DNA of 64,000 bases from an uncultured Solirubrobacteraceae bacterium (GCA_963796305.1 CAWCKZ010000006.1:511210-575209); one strand, 5' to 3'. Shown: positions 44,351-53,719, numbered from the stretch's first letter. Made by a program: numbers and translations. The notes: generated by a model not told the origin, from the letters alone.

Positions 44351-45394
44351 TCAGGCCGCCAGACGAAAAGCGGCGCCTCGGGGAGCGAACTTCTCTTTGC
44401 GGGAAAGCATGTGCCAGATCGTGTGGGCGAGCCTTCGGGCGATGTCGACCTGGGCGACCTTGGCACCGCGCTGCTTTCCTAGCCGGCGCTTGGTTCGCTG
44501 GTACCGCTCGGAGTAGGCGGGGTGCCTCAGCGCGTGCATCGTCGCCTCGAGTAGCGCCCAGCGCAGGTAGGTCGGCCCGTGCTTGGTCAATGGGCCGCGG
44601 CGATCCTTCTCTCCAGACTGGTTCACGCGCGGACAAAGACCCGTGTAGCCGGCGAGCTTCTCTGGCGATGAGAAGCGCTCGATCTCGCCGATCTCGGCGG
44701 CGATCGTAAAGGCAAGGACCCAGCCGATCCCGGGCACCGTCAAGAGCAGCGGGACGTAGGGGTGCTCGGCGTGGCCCTCCTTCAGGCGGCGGTTGATCTC
44801 GGCGATCTGGCGTTCGAGGTCGTCGATCAGCTCGATCGAGGCGGTGATGTTGCCCCGCCAGGGCTCGGGCACCTGCAGTCGCTTCAACAGCCGGCGGCCC
44901 TCGACCCCGAACAGGTCGGTGACCGGGCACGGCTTGCCGAAGTTGATCAGGCTCGAGTGGATGCGGTTCTTGAGCGCCGACTTGTGCTTCACGAGATGCA
45001 ACCGGAAGCGGGCGAGCTCACGCTCCTCGCGGACGCTGGGATCGGGCAACCAGATCGCCGGCACCAGGTCGCGGTGACTGAGCACCGCAAGAACCTTCGA
45101 GTCGATCTTGTCGGTCTTGCACGCCAGCGGCGCGAGACCCTTGACCTTCTGGGCGTCGGCGATCTCGACAGACCAGCCCTGCTGCTCAAGCGTGTCGTGG
45201 ACGATCCTTGCGCCGGTCATCGACTCGATCACTGCGCAGACCGGCTGGCAATGGACTTCCTCGATGCGGCGAGCGAGCCTCCTAAGCGAGTCGACGTCGG
45301 GCGGCACGGCGAGCTGATCCAGATGCTCTCCCCGATCGGAGAGCAGGCAAACGTCAAGCTTCTTTCGACTTAGATCGAGTCCAGCGTGCAACAT
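44351..45394 (-). CDS. IS110 family transposase/recombinase
   Basis: AGLDLS, IES and KTDKID (DEDD); VPGIG, YTGLCP..QSG and LRWAL; AGGAGG RBS. Confidence 0.95.
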   Translation of the reverse strand: MLHAGLDLSRKKLDVCLLSDRGEHLDQLAVPPDVDSLRRLARRIEEVHCQPVCAVIESMTGARIVHDTLEQQGWSVEIADAQKVKGLAPLACKTDKIDSKVLAVLSHRDLVPAIWLPDPSVREERELARFRLHLVKHKSALKNRIHSSLINFGKPCPVTDLFGVEGRRLLKRLQVPEPWRGNITASIELIDDLERQIAEINRRLKEGHAEHPYVPLLLTVPGIGWVLAFTIAAEIGEIERFSSPEKLAGYTGLCPRVNQSGEKDRRGPLTKHGPTYLRWALLEATMHALRHPAYSERYQRTKRRLGKQRGAKVAQVDIARRLAHTIWHMLSRKEKFAPRGAAFRLAA

Positions 45395-45614
45395 GTAAAC
45401 GGGCCTCCTCGAGGTTGGTTCTCGATGACAAGCGGAGCTTGCCACCGAGGAGGCCCTCCTTCATGGCAGTCCAACCCAGGAGCCGAGGCGGTGTGCCTCG
45501 CCGCGCTCGCACCCGCACGGAAGCACTCGTGTCCGGCGCTTGCCGACCTGGGCCTCACACCGCGCGGTTATAGACTCCGCGGGCCCGCAGCCACGTTAGG
45601 TAGCGAGCGCCGAG

Positions 45615-47069
45615 ATGCCGAGCGACAAGATGAACCTGCTGCTGATCGTCACCGACCAAGAGCGCGCGCCGATGCACGTGCCGCCGGGGTTCGTGCAGAG
45701 CCGCCTAAGGACGCGCGAGCGGCTGTTGCGCAACGGTGTGAGCTTCGATAGCGCCGTCTGCAACGCGGCGATGTGCTCGCCGAGCCGCGCGACGTTCCTG
45801 ACCGGTGTGATGCCGGCTCGGCATGGGGTGCTCGACACGCTCACGACGAACGGTCCGGTATCTGCGACCGAGCGCGAGCTGCCCCTGGATCTGCCGAACA
45901 TCGCTTCGATGCTCGGCGCGGCCGGCTATGACGTCCACTACCGGGGGAAGTGGCATCTGAGCAAGCCATCCGGCGGCTCAGAGCTGACCGCCGATGACCT
46001 CGCACGCTACGGATTTCACGGCTGGGGAGCGCCGGATGCGGGCGAGGACACTCAGCCTGAGAACTTCGGAGGCGGCCGCGCTGGCCACGACGCTCGCTAC
46101 ATCCGCGAAGCGGTCGACTTCCTGGGGGAGCGCTCATCGGGAGTCTCGGAGCGTCCGTTCTGTCTTGTCCTTTCGCTCGTGAACCCTCACGACGTGCTCG
46201 CCTATCCGCGCAGCTGGTCGGATGACTACTCGGCCGAGGATCTCGAGGGCGACGTCGGTCTCCCGGCGAGCCACGGCGAGGACCTCGCGGGGAACCTCAA
46301 GCCGACGGCTCACGTGAAGATGGCTCCGATCCTCGACATGGCTGTTGGCGAGTTCGAGAGTGAGTCCGAGCGGCTGGCCTATGTGAACTTTTACGCGAAC
46401 CTGACTGCGAAGATAGACGAGCAGCTCGCGACGCTGATCGACCTGTTCTACGAGCGTGACGGCACGCCCACGAAGCTCGGCGAGGAGACGCTGATTGTTC
46501 GCTTCGCCGATCACGGAGAGCTCGCGATGTCCCACGGGGGTCTTCGCCAGAAGGCCTTCAACGTCTACGAGGAGACACTTCGCGTCCCGCTCATCTTCTC
46601 CAACCCACGCCTGGCGCCCAGCGGCGGCGGCGTGTGCGCGCACCCTGCGTCGCTCATCGACATCATCCCGACTGTCGCTTCGGTCCTGGACGTGAAGCCA
46701 ATCGAGCGCCTGGACGGAGCGGACCTCTCGCCGCTGATCCGCGAACCTGACGGGCCGGCGGTCCGAAAGGACGCTTATTTCACCTATGACGATCTCCACG
46801 CTAGCGCCGGGATGGTCAAGGAACTCCTGCCCGGGGTGCCAGGCAACATCCGCTGCGTGCGTGAGCCGCGTTTCAAGTTCGCGCGCTACTTCAACGAAGC
46901 CGGCGAGGCGCCCGACGAGCACGAGATGTACGACCTCGAGGCCGACCCCGGCGAGCTCGAGAACCTCGCCCACCCAGCGCACCCGCGCTTCTCCGACCCA
47001 GTCATCTGCTCAGAGCGGGAGCGCCTCGCATCACGCCTGGCGCAGCTCGAGCAGCAGCACACCGGGTAG
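45615..47069 (+). CDS. Sulfatase-like hydrolase
   Basis: TDQE, CSPSRATFLTG (FGly motif), GKWHL, NPHD, ADHGE and YDL..DPGE..NL. Confidence 0.9.
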   Translation: MPSDKMNLLLIVTDQERAPMHVPPGFVQSRLRTRERLLRNGVSFDSAVCNAAMCSPSRATFLTGVMPARHGVLDTLTTNGPVSATERELPLDLPNIASMLGAAGYDVHYRGKWHLSKPSGGSELTADDLARYGFHGWGAPDAGEDTQPENFGGGRAGHDARYIREAVDFLGERSSGVSERPFCLVLSLVNPHDVLAYPRSWSDDYSAEDLEGDVGLPASHGEDLAGNLKPTAHVKMAPILDMAVGEFESESERLAYVNFYANLTAKIDEQLATLIDLFYERDGTPTKLGEETLIVRFADHGELAMSHGGLRQKAFNVYEETLRVPLIFSNPRLAPSGGGVCAHPASLIDIIPTVASVLDVKPIERLDGADLSPLIREPDGPAVRKDAYFTYDDLHASAGMVKELLPGVPGNIRCVREPRFKFARYFNEAGEAPDEHEMYDLEADPGELENLAHPAHPRFSDPVICSERERLASRLAQLEQQHTG

Positions 47070-47135
47070 GCGGTTCGATCGGCGCGTCGCGGCGGCCGGC
47101 GGCGTTGCGAGCGCAAACCCGTCAGGCCACAGAGA

Positions 47136-47165
47136 CCGGACCGCTCGCAGCGGAAGGCGGTCCGG
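47136..47165 (+). terminator. GC hairpin downstream of the sulfatase
   Basis: CCGGACCGC-N12-GCGGTCCGG; no U-tract. Confidence 0.35.
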
Positions 47166-47230
47166 CCGCAGCACCGCGCCAACGCCGCAGCGGTTGCCAG
47201 CCTCAATCGTTTCCCGAGCCAGCTCCACGG

Positions 47231-47244
47231 TACTCCACCGCGAA
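47231..47244 (+). repeat. Target-site direct repeat copy 2
   Basis: TACTCCACCGCGAA, intergenic, followed by GGGAG. Confidence 0.85.
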
Positions 47245-47323
47245 GGGAGTAAGGGAGCGCCCCTAAGTCGGACGCCGGTGACGAGTATCTCGGCAGCGAG
47301 TACGCGACCTTCAGCGTCTGAGG

Positions 47324-47349
47324 GGGATAGGAGATAGGGAGTCTGGGAA
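47324..47349 (+). repeat. Imperfect left terminal inverted repeat matching the 53695-53719 end
   Basis: GGGATAGGAGATAGGGAGTCTGGGAA versus GGGAGAGCAGATAGGGGGTC-GGGAA (22 identities, 1 gap). Confidence 0.7.
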
Positions 47350-47416
47350 TGGCCCCTCCGAGCGGCGAGTGCGATCCGTAGGGGCAGTTCAACGTGGTCG
47401 GCTTTGCGAGGGCGCG

Positions 47417-47876
47417 TTAGCGCCTTGCTCTCCGGTTCTGCCGCCGGCGCACGCCACAAACGGATACTGGACTCAACGGTCGGCCGATCGGGTCGATGAA
47501 CAGCGAGCACGGTCCCGAGCTGCCGGGCACCTTCCCCTCCAGGACGGTGGCGCTGTATGTGAGGCTGGCCCCGTCGAGGCGTGGGTTGGTGAGCGTCACG
47601 ACGACGTCCTCGGGCATCTGGTCACCCTCCTCGAGGAACGAGAGGACAGCGTTCGGAGGATCGTCGAGGAAGCTGTTTTCACCGTCTGCCCAGCCCTCTA
47701 ACGAACTGGGCGGCTGTGAGATGTCCGACGATGCGCTCGGGCCTGTCCGAGAACATCAGAGTTGAGGGCGCGAGATCGTGCAGCGTGAACTCGCCGTTGC
47801 GGCTCGTGACTCCCTGTGCGCTCTGTACGTATAGAGCCTCGAACTCGTCTGGCTGCACCTCTGGCTGTGATGACAT
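47417..47876 (-). CDS. Conserved hypothetical protein (frameshift near 47700)
   Basis: LYVQSA, FSDRPERIVG, SF..DPPNAVL and LFIDPIGRPLSPVSV; AAGGAGG RBS. Confidence 0.7.
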
Positions 47877-47987
47877 CTGAGCCTCCTTCTGGGGCGTCGA
47901 ACATTCGCTTCGGACGAAGCACAGCGGACATCCTCCAATGGCGCGCGACAGCTTCCATCGGTAGTCGCCCGCACAGGGTTCCGCTGT

Positions 47988-48635
47988 TCAGCGGCGGGAC
48001 CGGCGGCGGGACTGGTGTCGTGGAAGCGCCGCGAAGAGGATCATGTATAGCGCGACCGCGAAGTAGAGCGCTACGGCCACCCGGGGTGCGACGAGCCCGA
48101 TCAGGATCGCGACCAGGTACCCGCCGAGCACGGGAAGCAGTTCGAGGGGCTCATCCTGCTGCGCTTCGCCGGCTTCCGGGGGCGAGGAGAGATGCTCGCG
48201 TCGGGCATAGGCGTCCAGGGCGAAGCCGAGAACCCGGATGGCCAGCAAGGTGAGCCCGTACATCGTCACAAAGACGCGCTCGCTTGTGTTGGAGTGCAAG
48301 GCGTCCGCGACTAGTTTCGTCGGGAATGGCAGGAACGCCACCACGAGCAACACCAGCAGGTTGATTCGCAGAAACAGCGGATCTGTCCGCGTGAGCCCCT
48401 CGGTGAGCTGCGTGTGTCCCAGCCAGGCTGCGCCGATCGTGAGGAAGCTGACGACATACGCGAAGTAGAACGGCCAGGCTTTGAGCACCTGTTCGAGTGC
48501 TGTGCCCGGCGGATGAATCGCGATGTCGAGCACGAGCAGCGTCGCGGCGATCGAGAACACGCCGTCGCTGAACGCTTCCATACGCGTAGTGCTGAGCGAT
48601 CGGCGCGCGCGCGGCAAGTCGTCGCCGGAGGCCAT
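47988..48635 (-). CDS. TMEM175 (DUF1211) family potassium channel
   Basis: RMEAFSDGVFSIAATLLVL, YVVSF..IG..W..H and FLPFPT. Confidence 0.9.
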   Translation of the reverse strand: MASGDDLPRARRSLSTTRMEAFSDGVFSIAATLLVLDIAIHPPGTALEQVLKAWPFYFAYVVSFLTIGAAWLGHTQLTEGLTRTDPLFLRINLLVLLVVAFLPFPTKLVADALHSNTSERVFVTMYGLTLLAIRVLGFALDAYARREHLSSPPEAGEAQQDEPLELLPVLGGYLVAILIGLVAPRVAVALYFAVALYMILFAALPRHQSRRRSRR

Positions 48636-48828
48636 GCGGCATCCTTACAGGTCGCCGATCGAGACTCAGATGGCCCAGCCACGAGCGGCCAGGGGCAGGC
48701 GAAACACGGACTGGCGACCGTATTACTCCCGGATGCTCGCCAGCCCCTCCGAGGCGCATAGTGCGCCGCAGAAGGACGGTGCGGGGGGCGGAGATCTCTC
48801 GCGGCTATCACGATGAGGAGGTCAGATC

Positions 48829-49404
48829 GTGTCTACGCTTGATGAGGAGCACGGTGCACTAGCACGCGCTTGGTGGTTGGTGATGTTGTTCGGCGCGGCG
48901 GTATTCTGCGTCGGCGTCTTCTTCGTCGTTTCACCACACGAAACGCTGAGCACGTTCACCGTGATCGCCGGGATCTTTCTGCTGGTCGACGGGTTACTGG
49001 CAATCGGCACGTCGATCTTCGCCAGAGGGGAAGGGCGCGGCATGCTGGCGTTGATCGGGGTGCTCAGCGCGATCGCCGGCCTGGTCCTCATCAAGAAACC
49101 GTTCGGCACGCTCGTCGTCTTCGTGCTCGTCCTCGGAGTGTGGTTCATCGTGGCCGGCGTGGTGCGCTTCGTTTCCGCTTTCGGTGAGCCCGAGGGGCGT
49201 GCGTCGAACATCGCGATCGCGATCCTCGACGTAGTCGCCGGCATCGTCATCCTGTCCTGGCCCGGTATCGGCCTGACCACGCTCGCAGTGATAATCGGCA
49301 TCGTGCTAATCGTGCGCGGCGCCCTGTTCTTCATAGGCGGCTGGGAGCTGCGCCGACTCGGTCACGAAGCCGACAGCGCACTAAGGGCGCACCCCGCAAC
49401 CTGA
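48829..49404 (+). CDS. HdeD/DUF308 membrane protein
   Basis: WW N-terminus and six TM helices in a repeated G..G pattern. Confidence 0.8.
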   Translation: MSTLDEEHGALARAWWLVMLFGAAVFCVGVFFVVSPHETLSTFTVIAGIFLLVDGLLAIGTSIFARGEGRGMLALIGVLSAIAGLVLIKKPFGTLVVFVLVLGVWFIVAGVVRFVSAFGEPEGRASNIAIAILDVVAGIVILSWPGIGLTTLAVIIGIVLIVRGALFFIGGWELRRLGHEADSALRAHPAT

Positions 49405-49525
49405 CAGTCGAAATACCTGGGGTCGTGGCGCGGGGCGTCGAATGGTTTGTCCGAGCGCCGTAGACCCGCGTAGGTGGGCCGCCGACGCTGACAATCAGAA
49501 CCTCGTTCAAACAAAAGGAGAGCCG

Positions 49526-49986
49526 ATGTTCAAGACCTTCAGCAGACCGGCAGTCGTAGCGGCAATTCTGCTTCTCCCGATAGGGCTGGCCGCGTGTGGC
49601 GAATCGTCTGAAGAAAAAGCGACAGCGCAGGTCTGCTCCTCCACCAAGGAAATCCAGGCCCAGCTCTCCAAACTGTCAAGCCTGTCGATTTCCTCAACGG
49701 CACCGGAAGAAATCAAGACCGCCGCCGAAGTGATGAAAAAGGAAGCGGCGAAGATCAACGAATCCGTCTCCGAATCTGCCCGCTTCGAGCAAGAGTCAAG
49801 TGGAAACCGCGCAGAAAGCGCTCCAGGCCGAGCTTGTAGCACTCGCGAAAGACTGCGGCGTCAACAGCAAAATCCTCAGGGAACGTCGAAGCCGTGCTCA
49901 AGGAATCCGCGCCCGCGGTGAAGACTGCGGTCGCCGGGCTTGCGGTGAGCTACAAGCAGGCATTCGAATCCCTGAAATGCTCTTAG
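49526..49986 (+). CDS. Lipoprotein (frameshifted)
   Basis: AAGGAG RBS, lipobox LAAC, VC...C-terminal Cys. Confidence 0.65.
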
Positions 49987-50236
49987 CTCGGTGTTGAGGG
50001 CCTCTCTCGGCGAGATTCCACGATGACTGCGGGCGGCGGAATCCGGGGTCGCCATCGCCACCGAGGGCACGTACTGGACGCGCGACTCGTCTGCATGAAG
50101 TAAAGGGACTCGCCTGCGGAAAAGCACCGACTTTGGCGCGGGCTTTCGCGGGATGCCCAGAGGGCGGACAAAAGGCATGGTTTATTGCGAATGCGCCCGG
50201 CGACGGGCGAACTACGAAGCCTGAACAGGAGATCGA

Positions 50237-50749
50237 ATGAGCGACAACCCGGTTTTCATCTACGCCGCGACCTACGCCGACCGCGCCGGCGCCGAAGCGG
50301 ACTACGACGCCCTTCTTGAACTGCATGCGGCGAAGCTCGTGGGCACCTATGACGTTGCGCTGGTCACCAAGGACGCTGATGGCAAGGTCCAGGTCGAGAA
50401 GCACGAGAAGCCCACCCAGCACGGAGCATGGGGAGGCATCGCCGTCGGAGCGGCGGTCGGGGTCGTGGCCGCGCCAGCGGTCATCCCCGCGGCACTGGTC
50501 GGCGGTGTCATCGGAGGTCTCGGCGGACACTTCAAAAAGGGCATCCCGGGGGACGCCGCCAAGGAACTGGGCGACCTCATCGAAGCCGGAGAGGCAACGC
50601 TGTTCGTGATCGGCGAATCGCGCCTTGAAGAACAGCTCGACAAGCTGCTCACGCGCGCTGAAAAGACGGTCGAGAAGGAAATCGACGTCGACGCCAAGGA
50701 GTTCAAGAAGGAACTCGACAAGGCCGAGAAGGAATACGCGGCGGCCTAG
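50237..50749 (+). CDS. DUF1269 family protein
   Basis: YD.A.V.KD.DGKV followed by a glycine-zipper hairpin. Confidence 0.8.
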   Translation: MSDNPVFIYAATYADRAGAEADYDALLELHAAKLVGTYDVALVTKDADGKVQVEKHEKPTQHGAWGGIAVGAAVGVVAAPAVIPAALVGGVIGGLGGHFKKGIPGDAAKELGDLIEAGEATLFVIGESRLEEQLDKLLTRAEKTVEKEIDVDAKEFKKELDKAEKEYAAA

Positions 50750-50784
50750 CCGGCCGATATCCCAGCGTGTGAGCGTGGAAGGGC

Positions 50785-52449
50785 GTGAACGAGGTGTCGA
50801 GTAAGGCAGCCGCGGCAGCGGCCGGCGGTGTTCTGCTGACGCTGTGCGCGGGCCAGTTCCTGATGATGCTCGACAGCTCGGTGATGAACGTGTCGATCGC
50901 GACGGTCGCAAAGGACGTCGGCACGACCGTCACCGGGATCCAGACGGCGATCACGCTCTACACGCTGGTGATGGCCGCGTTCATGATCACCGGCGGGAAG
51001 GTCGGCCAGATCATCGGCCGCAAGCGCGCCTTCGCGATCGGGTGCGTGATCTACGGCTGCGGCTCGTTCATCACGGCGATCTCTACGAGCCTCGGGGTGC
51101 TGCTGCTCGGATGGTCCTGCCTCGAGGGCATCGGGGCGGTGCTGATCCTGCCGTCGATCGTCGCGCTGGTGGCGGTGAACTACGGAATCGACGAACGGCC
51201 GCGCGCCTACGGGCTGATCGCCGCCGCGACCGCGATCGCGATCGGGGTCGGCCCGATCGTTGGCGGCCTGTTCACCACCTACCTCTCGTGGCGCTGGGTG
51301 TTCGCGGGCGAGGTAGTGATCGTGCTGGGGATTCTCGTCCTCGCCCGCCGCATACCCGAGGGGCCGCGTGAGAAGGGGGGGCACCTGGACCTCGTGGGGA
51401 CAGCGCTGTCGGCGCTTGGACTCGGGCTGATCGTGTTCGGGGTCCTGCGTTCGGGCGTGTGGGGTTTCGTCAAACCCAAACCGGGGGCCCCCGAATGGAT
51501 CGGGCTCTCGCCCGTGATCTGGCTGATGCTCGCGGGCGCTCTGGTCATCTATCTGTTCATTGAGTGGGAGGATCGGGTGCTCGCCCGCGGCGGCGAGCCG
51601 CTGATCGACCCCAAGATCCTGCAGGTCCACGTGCTGCGCGGCGGCCTGAACTCGTTCTTCTTTCAGTTCTTCGTGCAAAGCGGCGTGGCCTTTGCCGTCC
51701 CGCTGTTCCTCTCGGTCGCGCTCGGGCTCTCCGCGATCCAGACAGGCGTGAGGTTTCTGCCGCTGTCGATCGCCCTGATCCTCGCGGCAGCCGGCATCCC
51801 CAAGCTCTTCCCCAAAGCATCGCCGCGCCGGGTGGTCCGGCTCGGTTTCATTGCGATGTTTGCCGGCCTCGTGATCTTGGTCGCGGCGCTCCAGGAAGGC
51901 GCGGGTGCGGAGATAACCACCTTCCCGATGCTGCTCGTCGGCCTGGGAATCGGAGCGTTGTCCTCCCAGCTCGGGGCCGTCACCGTCTCCTCCGTTCCCG
52001 ATGAGCAGAGCAGCGCGGTGGGCGGGCTGCAGAACACGATCACCAACCTCGGCATCTCCATGGGCACCGCGCTGACGGGAGCGATCGTCATCGCGGCGCT
52101 CAGCACCTCGTTCCTGACGGGGGTGCAGCAAAACTCCGCCGTCCCCGCGCCGGTCAAATCGCAGGCCTCCACCCAGCTCGCCGGAGGCGTCCCCTTCATC
52201 TCCGACAAACAATTGACGGAGGCGCTCCACAAGGCCCATGTGCCACCAAGGGCCACAGACGCCATCGTCGAAGAGAACGCGAAAGCGCGCCTCGACGGGC
52301 TGCGCGAGGCACTGTCGATACTCGCAATCTTCGCCTTGATCGGACTGGCCTTCAGCCGGCGGATCCCTGCCGACCCACCCGGTTCGTCGAAAGAACCGGC
52401 TCCCGCGGCAGAAACGGCCCCCATAACGCAAACGGCTGCAGCAGCGTGA
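50785..52449 (+). CDS. MFS transporter (14-TM DHA2-like)
   Basis: QFLMMLDSSVMNVS, GGKVG.IIGRKR and GPIVGG....SWRW. Confidence 0.9.
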   Translation: MNEVSSKAAAAAAGGVLLTLCAGQFLMMLDSSVMNVSIATVAKDVGTTVTGIQTAITLYTLVMAAFMITGGKVGQIIGRKRAFAIGCVIYGCGSFITAISTSLGVLLLGWSCLEGIGAVLILPSIVALVAVNYGIDERPRAYGLIAAATAIAIGVGPIVGGLFTTYLSWRWVFAGEVVIVLGILVLARRIPEGPREKGGHLDLVGTALSALGLGLIVFGVLRSGVWGFVKPKPGAPEWIGLSPVIWLMLAGALVIYLFIEWEDRVLARGGEPLIDPKILQVHVLRGGLNSFFFQFFVQSGVAFAVPLFLSVALGLSAIQTGVRFLPLSIALILAAAGIPKLFPKASPRRVVRLGFIAMFAGLVILVAALQEGAGAEITTFPMLLVGLGIGALSSQLGAVTVSSVPDEQSSAVGGLQNTITNLGISMGTALTGAIVIAALSTSFLTGVQQNSAVPAPVKSQASTQLAGGVPFISDKQLTEALHKAHVPPRATDAIVEENAKARLDGLREALSILAIFALIGLAFSRRIPADPPGSSKEPAPAAETAPITQTAAAA

Positions 52450-52486
52450 CTTTGCCCAGCTCAGCCACAAAGGATCGTGGTCGCGG

Positions 52487-53185
52487 ATGCCTGAGGGTCT
52501 TTCAGCGACCGAGGTGGGCAAAGAGATCGCCGAGCATCGCGAGCACCACGCCCCAGAGGATCACTCCCGGCGTGACCGCTACGTTTCGATCGCTGAGGCC
52601 GTGCTGCTCTCGCTCGTGGCGATCATGGCCGCATGGTCGGGGTACGCAGCGGCCAAGTGGGGCACCGACTCCTCGCTTTCACTGGCGAAAGCCTCCTCCA
52701 CACGGACGAAAGCCAACCAAGCCGCCATCGAAGCGACGCAGATCCGCACGCTGGACTCGGTGGACTTCAATGCCGCAATCACTGCCTACGCCTCGCACAA
52801 TCCCCTGCTCTTCCGCGTCGCGCTCAAGCGGCTGCGCCCGAGCGCACTCGCCGCCGTCGAAGCATGGCGGGCCACCAAGCCCCTCACGAACCCAAACGCG
52901 CCAGCGGATCCGTCTGACATGCCGCAGTACCGGATACCACAACAGGCCCAAGCCAAGGCCCTGAACGCGAAGGCCGATGCCTACTTCAACCGCGGCCAGT
53001 CAGCCGCTGGAACGGCAGACAAGTACGTGCGCCTCACAGTCTTCCTGGCGGCCGTCCTATTCCTCGTCGGGATCGGTAGCCGCCTTCCGCTGCCCGCCGC
53101 TCGCTACGGGCTGGTCGGGGTCGCCAGCGTGATGTTCGTCGTATCGGTCGTGGAGCTCCTCAGCCTTCGGGGACCACCGAGCTGA
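52487..53185 (+). CDS. Membrane protein (DUF4337-like)
   Basis: EAVLLS...AWSGY.AAKW; one N-terminal and two C-terminal TM helices. Confidence 0.65.
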   Translation: MPEGLSATEVGKEIAEHREHHAPEDHSRRDRYVSIAEAVLLSLVAIMAAWSGYAAAKWGTDSSLSLAKASSTRTKANQAAIEATQIRTLDSVDFNAAITAYASHNPLLFRVALKRLRPSALAAVEAWRATKPLTNPNAPADPSDMPQYRIPQQAQAKALNAKADAYFNRGQSAAGTADKYVRLTVFLAAVLFLVGIGSRLPLPAARYGLVGVASVMFVVSVVELLSLRGPPS

Positions 53186-53375
53186 CGCCGCGTAGCGCCT
53201 CCCAATGCCGCGGGTGGGGGACGCGCTTCCCGAGCCGGATAAGCGAGCAGTAGTGCTCGGATAGGTCGGTGGCGGCGACGAGCTTCCCGATGGGCAGGTA
53301 CCGCAGGCCGGGCAGGATCTCGCTCGTGAAAACCGCTGGGTCGGGTCGCCCCCCGGCCCACGCCTTGACGGCGAC
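53160..53375 (-). pseudogene. C-terminal HTH remnant resembling solo Cas1 (casposase-like) proteins
   Basis: W..GRPDPAVF..EILPGL...ATDLSEHYCSLIRLGKRVPHPRHW; recalled resemblance only; no Cas1 catalytic domain present. Confidence 0.55.
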
Positions 53376-53630
53376 GCGTTCGCGCGGCGAAGGTTCGACG
53401 TTCTGCTTTCGCGCGCCCGTGAGACAATCCGTCTGCCTTACGACGAACCGAGCGAGAAGGCCTACTTGAAGGCGGGCCAAGAGATCGCTAACCAAAGTGA
53501 GGTCTTGCTTGCCGTCTGGGACGGCCAACCAGCGGGAGGTCTCGGCGGCACCGCCGACGTCGTTCGTTATGCGCTTGGGAGCGGCACGAACGTGAAAGTC
53601 GTTTGGCCTGCGGGCTGCGCCCGCGTATGA
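53373..53630 (+). pseudogene. 5'-truncated SLOG-superfamily (YspA-like) gene, absent from the ORF track
   Basis: Translates RRFDVLLSRARETIRLPYDEPSEKAYLKAG...LLAVWDGQPAGGLGGTADVVRYA...VVWP; TGA at 53628; no start codon. Confidence 0.7.
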
Positions 53631-53675
53631 CGTGGTTGATCCGGCCAGGGCTTGGCTGATCCCGCCCGTGGCGTG

Positions 53676-53719
53676 CTGTCACGGCTAGTCCAGCTTCCCG
53701 ACCCCCTATCTGCTCTCCC
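53676..53719 (-). repeat. Right end of the element (terminal and subterminal inverted repeat)
   Basis: Reads inward GGGAGAGCAGATAGGGGGTCGGGAAG-CTGGACTAGCCGTGACAG. Confidence 0.85.

Larger units (their letters stand above)
44190..45471 (-). mobile_element. IS110 family, IS1111-type insertion sequence
   Basis: 12-bp subterminal IRs ATGAAGGAGGGC (44193-44204 / 45453-45464), 3 and 7 nt from the ends; GAC core on both sides; long downstream non-coding region. Confidence 0.9.
44098..53719. mobile_element. Composite cargo island at the gabD 3' end, casposon-like and non-autonomous
   Basis: 14-bp flanking direct repeats, perfect 18-bp inverted repeat (44123-44140 / 53676-53693), visibly lower GC and a Cas1-like C-terminal remnant. 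Confidence 0.75.
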
